Origin: an uncultured Acidobacteriota bacterium
Lineage (GTDB): Bacteria > Acidobacteriota > Thermoanaerobaculia > Multivoradales > UBA5704
Reading direction: 5' to 3'
DNA length: 64,000 bases
Assembly: GCA_963718645.1 (NCBI GenBank)
Contig: OY970373.1
Location: forward strand, 1,702,948 to 1,766,947
Shown in pieces: positions 48,274-57,600 of the stretch (position 1 is its first letter; every line of letters begins with the position of its first letter). The notes under the pieces are model-generated. The model had not been told where the DNA came from, did no database searches, and saw only the letters and a list, made by a program, of their open reading frames with translations. Position numbers and translations under genes: made by a program.

Positions 48274-50025
48274 ATGAGCGACGCCCCTCCGATCCGCCTT
48301 CTCATCGTCGACGACAGCCCCGAGGATCGGGAGCTCTATCGCCGCCTGCTCGCCAACGACCCCGAGCAGGCCTACGATCTCCTGGAAGCCGACACGGGCG
48401 AGGAGGGGCTGGAGGTGGCGCTCTCCCAGCATCCCGACTGCCTGCTGCTGGACTACCGGCTGCCGGACGTCGACGGCCTGGAGTTCCTTTCCCGCCTGCT
48501 GGCGGAGAAGCTGGTGCCGGTGATCGTGCTCACCGGCCAGGGGAACGAGGCGGTCGCCGTCGAGGCGATGAAGGGGGGAGCGCAGGACTATCTGCTCAAG
48601 GGGAGCGTCGCCCGCGAGCGGCTGCGGCACGCGGTGCAGAACGCCATCGAAAAGGTGGCCCTGCGGCGCAAGGTCGACGAGCGCACCGCCGAGCTCGCCG
48701 AGGCCAATGCGGCGCTGCGCGGGATGTACGACGACCTGGAGACGCTGGTCGAGCAGCGGACGGCCGAGCTCTCGGTGGCCAACCAGGAGCTGAAGCGGGA
48801 GATCCGCGTCCGCGAATGGGCCGAGCAGGAGCGGGCGCGCCTGCTCGACCTCGAGCAGGAGGCGCGCCGGCAGGCCGAGGAGGCCAACCGCACCAAGGAC
48901 GAGTTCCTGGCCACCCTCTCCCACGAGCTGCGGACCCCGCTCAACGCCATCCTCGGCTGGGTCCAGGTGCTGCGCATGGGCAAGCTCGATCCGGCCGCCG
49001 CCGCCAAGGCTCTGGAGACCATCGAGCGCAACGCCCGCTCACAGGCGCAGCTCATCGCCGATCTGCTCGACGTCTCGCGCATCATCACCGGCAAGCTCCG
49101 GCTCGACTTCAAGCCGGTCGACCTGCGCCGCATCATCGACTCCGCCCTGGAGAGCGTCCGGCCGGCGGCCGATGCCAAGGGGATCGCGCTCGACCTGTCG
49201 ATCGGTCCGCTGGCGAGCCCGGCGCTCGGCGACTCCGACCGCCTCCAGCAGGTGATCTGGAACCTGCTGTCGAACGCCATCAAGTTCACCTCCCGCGGCG
49301 GCGCCGTCGAGGTCCGCCTGCGCGAGGCGGGAGGGAACGCCGTGATCCGGGTGAGCGACTCCGGGATCGGCATCCGCCCCGACTTCCTGCCCTATGTCTT
49401 CGACCGCTTCCGCCAAGCCGAGGGATCGATCACGCGCACCCACGGCGGCCTCGGGCTGGGCCTCTCGATCGTGCGCCACCTGATCGAGCTGCACGGCGGC
49501 TCGGCGGAGGTGGAGAGCGGGGGAGAAGGGCAGGGGGCGACCTTCATCGTCCGCCTGCCGCTGCGCGCCGAGCTCGCCGACGATCCCCTCGACCGGACGG
49601 CGGTGTCGATGAGCGTCTTCAGCACCGCCGATCTGCTGGCGGGAGTGCGGGTGCTGGTGGTGGAGGATGAACCGGACACCCGCGATCTGCTGGTGGTGGC
49701 GCTTCAGCAGTGCGGCGCCGAGGTGGCGGCCTACGCCTCGGTTCCCGAAGCCTTGGCGGCGCTCGATCTGGCCCTGCCGGACGTCCTGCTCTCCGACATC
49801 GGCGTGCCGGGCGAGGATGGCTACTCGCTGATCCGCAAGGTCCGCGCCCGCGGCGCCGGCCGCGGCGGCGACCTCCCCGCCGCGGCGCTCACCGCCTACG
49901 CCCGCGCCGAAGACCGCGCCCGCGCCCTCGAAGCAGGCTACCAGACTCACCTCGCCAAGCCGGTCGACCCCTCCGAGCTGGTCACCACCGTGGCGCGCCT
50001 GGCCAGCCGGCGGGTCACAAGCTGA
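48274..50025 (+). CDS. Hybrid histidine kinase: REC - coiled coil - HisKA - HATPase - REC
   Basis: The N-terminal receiver reads [13 protein letters not shown]...[12 protein letters not shown]. The H-box is [19 protein letters not shown]. ATPase boxes are [16 protein letters not shown] and [10 protein letters not shown]. The C-terminal receiver reads [12 protein letters not shown]...[12 protein letters not shown]...AHLAKP. Confidence 0.9.
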   Translation: MSDAPPIRLLIVDDSPEDRELYRRLLANDPEQAYDLLEADTGEEGLEVALSQHPDCLLLDYRLPDVDGLEFLSRLLAEKLVPVIVLTGQGNEAVAVEAMKGGAQDYLLKGSVARERLRHAVQNAIEKVALRRKVDERTAELAEANAALRGMYDDLETLVEQRTAELSVANQELKREIRVREWAEQERARLLDLEQEARRQAEEANRTKDEFLATLSHELRTPLNAILGWVQVLRMGKLDPAAAAKALETIERNARSQAQLIADLLDVSRIITGKLRLDFKPVDLRRIIDSALESVRPAADAKGIALDLSIGPLASPALGDSDRLQQVIWNLLSNAIKFTSRGGAVEVRLREAGGNAVIRVSDSGIGIRPDFLPYVFDRFRQAEGSITRTHGGLGLGLSIVRHLIELHGGSAEVESGGEGQGATFIVRLPLRAELADDPLDRTAVSMSVFSTADLLAGVRVLVVEDEPDTRDLLVVALQQCGAEVAAYASVPEALAALDLALPDVLLSDIGVPGEDGYSLIRKVRARGAGRGGDLPAAALTAYARAEDRARALEAGYQTHLAKPVDPSELVTTVARLASRRVTS

Positions 50026-50073
50026 CCCATTCCCCGCACCTCTCCGCCATCCCCTCCCAGTCTCCTTCACCGT

Positions 50074-50102
50074 TTGACAGCGATCAGGGATAGGTATAGA
50101 TT
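50074..50102 (+). promoter_or_regulatory. Candidate sigma70-type promoter (TTGACA-N17-TAGATT) in front of the low-G+C ORF
   Basis: A perfect -35 TTGACA sits at 50074-50079. TAGATT at 50097-50102 follows a 17-nt spacer. GGAGGA at 50148-50153 precedes ATG 50161. Confidence 0.35.
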
Positions 50103-50160
50103 CTAAAACAAGGCCGCTTGGATCGCAGATTCACCAAGCGAGTAACCGGAGGATCAGCTA

Positions 50161-50577
50161 ATGAGAAGTCATATCCTGAATTTCTCAGCCTATATCCTGT
50201 TCTTGTTAGTGGCAAGTATCGGCTCAGCATTTCCGCCAGATCCGGTCTGTACCCGCTGGGAGGATGCCACGTCCTATTTCATCCCAAGCTACCCGGGGTG
50301 GCAAACAGCCAAAATTGTTTGGCAGGGCTCTGACGGTTCAGCAACCTATTATCGCAAACTTATGTATGGATCCACTCAGCTTGAATTGATCAAGTTCAAT
50401 GATCCTCACTCATCAGAGACTTATGATTACGATCGCGACTGGATCTACATCACAGCAGAAAACATGCAGAACAACTCGCCGCAGACGCGAGTTTGGAAGA
50501 CAGGTTATTCAGGATACTATCTAGGCGCAAACTGGAATGCCCAGGATTGTGTGTACCGGCGGGAATCAGACTTATAA
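50161..50577 (+). CDS. Hypothetical secreted protein, N-terminal piece (low-G+C islet); probably the 5-prime part of a frameshifted gene
   Basis: It has a GGAGGA RBS and a signal-peptide-like N-terminus (MRSHILNFSAYILFLLVASIGSAF). I recognise no family. It overlaps the next ORF by 41 nt in a different frame. Confidence 0.5.
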   Translation: MRSHILNFSAYILFLLVASIGSAFPPDPVCTRWEDATSYFIPSYPGWQTAKIVWQGSDGSATYYRKLMYGSTQLELIKFNDPHSSETYDYDRDWIYITAENMQNNSPQTRVWKTGYSGYYLGANWNAQDCVYRRESDL

Positions 50578-50929
50578 AAACCTGAACCGATTCACGTCAT
50601 GCTCTGCGGGCACGCTCAACTATAATAATTGCAATTCTTGTCCCTGTCAATACACTTCTACTGATCCTTCACATTGCGCTAAATTTCAGTCAACGGTTTC
50701 CTATGCCAACTATAACTACGGTGGCACAATAGGCATCCTGCCTACTCTTATCCTATACTCCACCTTTGATGACATGACAGGGTCCGAAGAGTACTACTAT
50801 GGTCTTGGCCGAGGGTTCCTGAGATTTGAGGTCCGCGACTTCTCCGGCAGTGTCCTTAGGAGCTACAGTTTCCAGTCGGGAGAAATGCCGAATGACCCAA
50901 TTCCTGACCAAGCGTGCTTTCATCCATAG
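50537..50929 (+). CDS. Hypothetical Cys-rich protein, C-terminal piece (low-G+C islet); no signal peptide or RBS of its own
   Basis: The ORF shares the atypical composition of 50161-50577. Its sequence reads ..CTGGNQTYKNLNRFTSCSAGTLNYNNCNSCPCQYTSTDPSHCAKF.. and I recognise no family. Confidence 0.4.
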   Translation: MPRIVCTGGNQTYKNLNRFTSCSAGTLNYNNCNSCPCQYTSTDPSHCAKFQSTVSYANYNYGGTIGILPTLILYSTFDDMTGSEEYYYGLGRGFLRFEVRDFSGSVLRSYSFQSGEMPNDPIPDQACFHP

Positions 50930-51056
50930 ATAAAGCCTTCCCGGAAGAGGATCTGAGGCCCGACAGGGTGCGTCCGGATCAGTCAAGCTGATTCGTAGAG
51001 CTGGTCGTTTCCCAGACTCCGTCGTGATTTCCTGACAGGGATCGCTCGTCGGGCTG

Positions 51057-53858
51057 TCAAATACTCAGCCGGACTCCGAAGCGGAACGATCGCGGCGGCG
51101 TCCGCAGAACCGGCTTTTTGTAATCCGGGTTAGTGGGGGTAGGCGAGGCGTTGTCCGACTCCTGGAAATCCCAGCGCTCGTCGAGCAGCACCGGCTGCTG
51201 AAGGTTGAAGACGTTGAAGATATCCAGCAGGAGATTGACCTTCGCCGGGCCCACGGTGAGCGGATAGCCGATGTGGAGATCCGCGTCGTAGTTGTCGGGA
51301 GTCCTGCCTTCCGCGCCGCGTCGGTCAAGGAAGAATTCGTAGCGGGCGTAGATGTCCGAGTAGCCGTAGCGGGTCAGCGGCGTTCCTGAGCGCCAGTAGG
51401 CCGAGAGTCCGATCGACAGCTTCCAGGGGGTTTCGTAGAGGCCGGAGAGCTTGAGCTGCTCGCGGCGGTCGTTCGACAGCGGGCCCTTATTGGTGATCTT
51501 GGTCAGGTCCCGTCCATTGGTGAAAAAGTCGTAGTAGTCGTAGGCCGCCGAGATGTTGGGGTCGGCGCCGACATTGGTGAACGGCGCGTAGAGGCCGTCG
51601 AAGTTCCCTTCCAGCTTGGAGTAGAGGAACGAGGCGAGCCCCTGCCAGTGGTTCGAGAAGCGCTTGGTGGCGTCGAGCTCGATCCCCTTGAAGGTCCGCT
51701 TCGGCTTCGGCGCGGGGAAGGTCTGGGAATAGTCGAGGGTGTAGATCTGCTTCATGATCCCCTCGCCGGGGTTGCCGATGCAATACGTGCCGTCGGTATG
51801 GCAGAGGAAGTCCTCGATCACCTCGCCGTAATCGCGGTAGATCCCCTTGATGCCGACGGAGAGCTCAGGGAGCACCTCGCGCTCATAGCCGAGGAGCATC
51901 TCGTTCAGATACTGGTTGTGAAGGTTGGGGTCCGCCGGCTCGGTGGTACCGCCCAAAATGGCGGAATTGATGCCGAGGTCGGCCTCGGCACCGGGATCGG
52001 GCGTCGTGCTCGTCGGGCTGTAGTTGAAGATGCGCGCTTGCCTCTCGAAGGAGAAGGAGCGGATGACGAGATCCATCGGGATCTGCTCGTAATAACGGCC
52101 GTAGGAGGCGAAGACCTTCGAGCGGCCGTTCGACGCCGGATCCCAGACGACGCCGAGACGGGGTGCGAAGTCCTTCTTCAGATCGATCCGCTGGATTCCC
52201 TCGGCGTCGATGATCTGCTGGCGGTCCCAGCGCACGCCGAGGTCGACGCTGAGGTTGGGTAGCGGGGTCCAGCGGTCTTGCAGGTAGACCGCCGAGTTCT
52301 TGTGCTCGGGGCTGGCGGTGAGCTGCGATACCGGCGCGTTGGAAACATCCGCCAGCGGAGTCGTCCAGTAGAAGTGGCTGTAGACCGGATGGCCGCCGTT
52401 GGCGTAGACGTCGATCTGCTCGCCCCCCGAGAAGCGGCGGACGACGTCCGCCTGCTCGCGCTCGTATTCCAATCCGAGCTTGATCTCGTGATGCTCGAGG
52501 TAGCGGGTCAGCGAGCCGCCGGCGGAGTCGCGCTTGAAGTCCTTCGTTTGCAGGAGGCCGAAGCCGCCGGTCTGGTAGAAGTTGTTGTCCACCGCGCGGA
52601 ACTCGATCGTGTCGCCGGCCGCGCTCGCCGGACCGATCGAGTTCTGCTCCCGGTGCTCCGCCGCCTGGCCGGTGAGCAGCCAGGCGCTGGAGAGGATCCC
52701 CTGGTAGCGCAGCGAGTAGTCCTTGCCGCCGAAGCTGCGCAGCCCCTGGTAGGTGAGCGGGTCGCCGTTGAGACTGTGCTGCGCGTCGTTGATCGCGCCG
52801 GTGTCGTCGCGCGGATCCTGGAAGAAACTACCGATCAGGGACTGGCTGTCGGAGAGCTTCCAGGTGAGCTTGGCGGCGGCCAGGTCGCGCTTGCTCTTTG
52901 ACTGCACGACATTGCCGGCCAGCGGGCCTCCTGGCAGCGTGGTCTTGTCGGTGTTGTCCACCCGGTCGTAGGCGCCGAAGAACCAGAGCTTGTCGCGGAC
53001 CAGAAAGCCGCCGACGTCGATCCCGAAGTCCTCGCGGGTATAGCCGGCCGTCGTGCCGCCGGTCGCGACCACGGGTTTGGCGTTGCTCTGCAACGAGTCG
53101 TTGTCGTGGTAACCGAAGAGGTCGCCGTGGAAATCGTTGCCGCCCGACTTGGTGATGACGTTGACGACGCCGCCGGTCGAGCGCCCGTACTCGGCCTGGT
53201 AGCCGCCGGTCTTGACGTCCACGGCCTGGATGAACTCGAAGTTGAGCTCCGTGCCCTGCGCGCCGTATTCGGCGCCGGTGGTGTTGACGCCGTCGATGAG
53301 GTAGGAGTTCTCCGAGCCGGTCGAGCCGTAGACGGTGATCGACGGCTGCGGCGTGACTTCCGCGTTGGCGTCCGAGGAGACGCCGGGGGTGATCTGCACG
53401 ACCGAGGAGTAGTTGCGGCCGGTCGGCAGGGTCTCGATCGCGCGGGTGTCCAGGTTGGCGCCCACGGTGGTGCTCGTGGTGTCGATCACCGGCACGTCGC
53501 CGGTTACGGTGATCTCCTGGGCGAGGGTGGCCCGCAGGGTAGTGCTCAGCGTGGTGTCCCGGTCCAAGCCGACGTGGACCTCCTGGCGGGTCTCCTTGGC
53601 GAACCCCTCCAGCGTGAACGAGACCGTGTAGTCGCCGGGAGTAAGGAGGTTGAGCCGGTAGGTGCCGGTGCCGTCCGTCACCGCCGTTCGCGTCCCCTGG
53701 AGGGCCGGGCTCGTCGCCTCGACGGTGACGCCGGGCAGCGTGCCCCCGCCCTCGTCGGTCACCCGGCCCACGATGGTGCCGGTCGTCTGCGCCACGGCCA
53801 TGGCCGCCGCGGTGAGAAGGAGAACAGCAGACAGCAGCCAACGTCGCAACGCGCTCAT
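51057..53858 (-). CDS. Oar-like TonB-dependent receptor family outer-membrane protein with N-terminal carboxypeptidase-regulatory-like domain
   Basis: ATG 53858-53856 is preceded by AAGGAGG. The signal peptide is MSALRRWLLSAVLLLTAAAMAVAQ. The CarboxypepD_reg-type domain reads TGTIVGRVTDEGGGTLPGVTVEATSP...TDGTGTYRLNLLTPGDYTVSFTLEGF, followed by a long beta-barrel-like region. The track ORF start at 53903 adds 15 unlikely residues. Confidence 0.85.
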   Translation of the reverse strand: MSALRRWLLSAVLLLTAAAMAVAQTTGTIVGRVTDEGGGTLPGVTVEATSPALQGTRTAVTDGTGTYRLNLLTPGDYTVSFTLEGFAKETRQEVHVGLDRDTTLSTTLRATLAQEITVTGDVPVIDTTSTTVGANLDTRAIETLPTGRNYSSVVQITPGVSSDANAEVTPQPSITVYGSTGSENSYLIDGVNTTGAEYGAQGTELNFEFIQAVDVKTGGYQAEYGRSTGGVVNVITKSGGNDFHGDLFGYHDNDSLQSNAKPVVATGGTTAGYTREDFGIDVGGFLVRDKLWFFGAYDRVDNTDKTTLPGGPLAGNVVQSKSKRDLAAAKLTWKLSDSQSLIGSFFQDPRDDTGAINDAQHSLNGDPLTYQGLRSFGGKDYSLRYQGILSSAWLLTGQAAEHREQNSIGPASAAGDTIEFRAVDNNFYQTGGFGLLQTKDFKRDSAGGSLTRYLEHHEIKLGLEYEREQADVVRRFSGGEQIDVYANGGHPVYSHFYWTTPLADVSNAPVSQLTASPEHKNSAVYLQDRWTPLPNLSVDLGVRWDRQQIIDAEGIQRIDLKKDFAPRLGVVWDPASNGRSKVFASYGRYYEQIPMDLVIRSFSFERQARIFNYSPTSTTPDPGAEADLGINSAILGGTTEPADPNLHNQYLNEMLLGYEREVLPELSVGIKGIYRDYGEVIEDFLCHTDGTYCIGNPGEGIMKQIYTLDYSQTFPAPKPKRTFKGIELDATKRFSNHWQGLASFLYSKLEGNFDGLYAPFTNVGADPNISAAYDYYDFFTNGRDLTKITNKGPLSNDRREQLKLSGLYETPWKLSIGLSAYWRSGTPLTRYGYSDIYARYEFFLDRRGAEGRTPDNYDADLHIGYPLTVGPAKVNLLLDIFNVFNLQQPVLLDERWDFQESDNASPTPTNPDYKKPVLRTPPRSFRFGVRLSI

Positions 53859-53941
53859 CGCGACCTCCTTAGGCGAGAACCGAATTTTCCAGGAATCTAC
53901 CACAACCCCGCAGGGCCGGGGTTCGGTATATCCTCAGTGTC

Positions 53942-54502
53942 ATGAATCCTCTGTCGCCTGAAGTCTGGAACCGTGGCCTGCCCTATTCGTCCTACCGCCG
54001 GACCATCCGCCGCAACGGCAGAACCTTCGACGAGGTCTTCCGCGAGCCGACCCGGACCCCTGAAGACATGGAAGTCCTGCGCAAGCTCCCGCCGCTGCGG
54101 GTGGTGGCGATCGGCGAGGACTGGTGTCCCGACGTCTACCACACGCTCCCCACCTGGGTACGCATCGCCGACGAGCTCCCGGGCTGGGAGCTGCGGGTCT
54201 TCCCGCTCGACCAGAACGCCGAGCTGATGACCCACTTCCTCTGGCTGGGCGAGGCGAAGCGGATCCCGGTCTACGCCTTCTACGACGAGGACGACCGGCT
54301 GCAGGCCTGGTGGTCCGGGCGCAGCGCCGCGGCCCAGCGCGCCTTCGACGAGGCGCTGGCCGGCCGCGCCTTCGCCTCCCTCCCGCCCGAGGAGCGGAAG
54401 CAGATCAGCGAGAGCACCGAGGAGTCCTACCGCCGCGAGTTCCGCCGCGCCAACCTCGACGAGATGCTGGCGCAGTTGCGGGCGTTCTTCCATCTGGGGT
54501 GA
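53942..54502 (+). CDS. Thioredoxin-fold family protein (monothiol variant)
   Basis: 186 aa. VVAIGEDWCPDVYHTLP resembles the WCxDC region of this thioredoxin-like family, but the second Cys position is Val here. Confidence 0.55.
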   Translation: MNPLSPEVWNRGLPYSSYRRTIRRNGRTFDEVFREPTRTPEDMEVLRKLPPLRVVAIGEDWCPDVYHTLPTWVRIADELPGWELRVFPLDQNAELMTHFLWLGEAKRIPVYAFYDEDDRLQAWWSGRSAAAQRAFDEALAGRAFASLPPEERKQISESTEESYRREFRRANLDEMLAQLRAFFHLG

Positions 54503-54515
54503 GGCCGGGGAAGCC

Positions 54516-54607
54516 GGAACAGGGACGAACACGGACTGACAAAGACAAACACGGACTCGCGTTGCTGTCCGTGCTCGTCCGTGTCAGTCCGTGCTTGTCC
54601 CTGTTCC
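54516..54607. repeat. Long imperfect hairpin (41-nt arms, 10-nt loop) built from tandem 10-nt CA(G/C)GGAC-type units
   Basis: The left arm is 54516-54556: ggaaCAGGGACgaaCACGGACtgaCAAAGACaaaCACGGAC. The right arm is 54567-54607: GTCCGTGctcGTCCGTGtcaGTCCGTGcttGTCCCTGttcc. I counted 35 of 41 complementary positions by hand. It lies between two co-directional genes. Confidence 0.7.
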
Positions 54608-54667
54608 GCCCTTGCCCCCTGAAACCCTCCCGCCGCCCGGCCGTACTGTGGGCAGGGAGGCTCATCC

Positions 54668-57600
54668 ATGGAACGCTCGCTGTCATCTCCGCACGCTCAG
54701 GCCCCGCCGCGCTCGCCGGAGGGGTTCAGCTTCCGGCGGCTCGGCCTGGTCGCCGGCCTCGACCTCAAGGAGAGCCTCCGCCGGCCGCTGTTCCTGATCT
54801 TCGCGCTGTTTATGGTGCTGAACGGCTGGTGGGTGTCGCGCGGCTCCTGGGTCTTCCGGTCGATCAACACCTCGCTGGGCGGCAACAAGGCCTGGGTCGA
54901 TTCCGAGTTCCAGACCGCCTACGTCTATGGGCTGATCAGCTTCTTCATGATCTCGTTCCTGGTCGCCATCGCGTCCGGCATGCCTCTGATCCGCGACGCC
55001 GAGCACAAGATCGGCGACCTGCTGCACTCGACGCCCCTGCGGCCCGGCGAATATGTCTGGGGGAAGTTCCTCGCCGCCCTGCTCGCCAGCTTCGCGGTCG
55101 TGCTGGTGCTGCCGTTGAGCACGGGGCTGCTCAGCCATCTCCTGCCGGACGCCGGCAGCCCCGAGATCTACGGACCCTTCCACCTCATCTCCTACGTGCG
55201 GCCGACCCTGGTCTTCCTGCTGCCGGCGGTGGTCTTCACGGCGGGCGTGACCTTCGCCCTCGGCCGCTGGACGGGCCGGCCGATCCTGGTCTTCCTCTTC
55301 CCGGTGATCGTCTTCCTGACCTGCAACGGCTTCCTGTGGGGCGTCTATCCTCCGCGAATCAGCTCGGGATTGTCGGACGTGCTGCGCTACGCCGATCCCT
55401 CGGGCTTCCGCTGGCTCAAGGAGAGCTGGCTGCTGGTGGACCGCGGGATCGCCTTCTACAACACCCGGCCGATGACTTTCGATACGCCCTTCCTGCTGAG
55501 CCGGGCCGGTTTCGTCGTCCTCGGGCTGCTGTTCGTGGACCTCTCGCGGCGTCACTTCAGCGGCCGTCTGCGCCGGCCCGCTCGCTCGCGGATCGCCGAG
55601 ACGGCGCCCGCCGCTCCGGCCCTCCCGGGGACCCGGCCGCTCTCGGCGCTGGCGATGGGCTCGCGACCGCCCGGCTTGCTGGCCGGCACTCTCGCCGTGG
55701 CCCGCTTCGAGCTCCAGGAGCTGCGCTCCCAGCCCGGCCTGTACATCTTCATCCCGTTCATCCTGGTGTTCCTGCGGACCCTCTACAAGGATGCCCGGGA
55801 TCCCTTCCTCAACAGCGCCATCCTGTGGACCCCGGGTGTCGCGGCGATGCAGGCGGCGGCCTACATGACCATTGCGCTGGGGCTGCTCTTCCTCTTCTAT
55901 ACGGTGGAGTCGCTGGAGCGCGAAGGGGCCACGGGGACCGCTCCGGTCTTCCACGCGACGCCCGTCCGCACGGGATCGGTGGTCGCCGGCAAGGTGCTGG
56001 CCAATCTCGCGGTGCTGGGCGTCGCCCTGCTCGGCACGCTGCTGGTCGCGCTCCTGGTGATTCAAGGGCAGGGGAGGGTCGCGTTCGATCTCCGTCCGTT
56101 CCTGCTCGTCTGGGGGCTCCTGCTGACTCCCACGATGATCGTCTGGATCACCTTCGTGGCCGCGCTCCATTCCGTGACGCGGAGCCGCTACACCACCTAT
56201 GGCCTCGGGATCGGCGCCGCGGTGCTGACCGCCGTCCTGCTCACCCGGGGGATCATGAACTGGGTGGGCAACTGGGTCCTCCTCGGAGCGACCCGCGAGG
56301 GGTACGCCATTCCGTGGTCGGACCTGGGGCCGCTCGGCCTCGATCGCGCGGCGGTGGTGCTCAACCGGCTGTTCGTGCTCTCCCTCGCCGCCCTGTTCGG
56401 CTGGATCGCCGTGCGCTTCCTGAACCGCCGGGACCGCGACCGCCTGCACCCGCTGCTCCGACCGGCGGAGCAGCGGCGGACCCTGCTCACCGCCGGAGCG
56501 CTCGCCCTGCCCCCCCTCGTCCTCGGCTTCACGCTCTGGGGTCAGGTAAACCAGGGCTTCCAGGGCGCGGCGGTGGAGAAGGAGCACAAGGATTACTGGC
56601 GGAAGAACCTCAACACCTGGACCGGCCAGGCGCTGCCCTACGTCACCCGGGTGGAGATGGATCTAGACCTCGATCCGGACACACGGAGCTTTCGCGCCAG
56701 CGGTTTCTACGACCTCAAGAACGAGAAGCTACAGCCGCTCTACTGGTTTCCGGTCACCGGCGGCACCGCCTGGACCGGGCTCTCCTGGACGCTCGACGGC
56801 CGTCCATGGGTCCCGGAGGAGTGCTCGCACCTCTACGTCTTCCGGCTCGCCAAGCCGCTGGCGCCGGGGGCGTCGGTCCGGCTCGGCTTCCGCTATCGGG
56901 GCACGATCCTCGCCGGCATCTCGAAGAATGGCGGGAATCTCCCCCTGGGCGAATTCCTCCTGCCGTCGGGAGCGATCCTCACCGGCCGCAACCCCGATTT
57001 CGTGCCCAAGATCGCCTTCGATCCCAAGATCGGGGTGGACGAGAAGAACCGCTCCGAGCCGCGGATCTATCCGGCTCATTTCTACGACGGGATCACCGAC
57101 TCCGACCTCGACCGCTCGGCCTTCACCCAGTGGCTGCGGATCACCTCGCCGGCCGATTACATCGTCAACTCGACGGGCGCCCTGACCGCGGAGACGGTGA
57201 AGGACGGCCGGCGCACGCGGATCTGGGAGAGCGACTATCCCGTGCGCGTCTTCAACATCGCCGCCGGCCGCCACTGGGCGGTGAAGCGCGGGCCGGGCAC
57301 CGCCGTCTTCTATTACCCGGGGCACCCCTACAACGTGGACAGCCTGCTGGAGGCCCTGAACGGCGCGCGCCGGTACTATGCCCAGTGGTACATGCCTTAT
57401 CCCTGGCGCGAGCTGCGGCTCAACGAGTTCCCCAGCTACGCCAGCTATGCCCGCGGCAACGCCACCAACATCTTCTTCTCCGAGGGCGCGGGCTTCCTGG
57501 CCCAGCGCCTGCCGGACAACGACGTGGCGTTCACCATCGCCGCCCACGAATCGGCCCATCAATGGTGGGGGCACATCATGTCGCCGGGCGAGGGTCCGGG

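Noticed and set aside
54516-54607. Short tandem repeats considered as a CRISPR array.
   Set aside because: The units are only 9-10 nt, directly abutting without spacers, and arranged as an inverted pair. No cas genes are present in the window.
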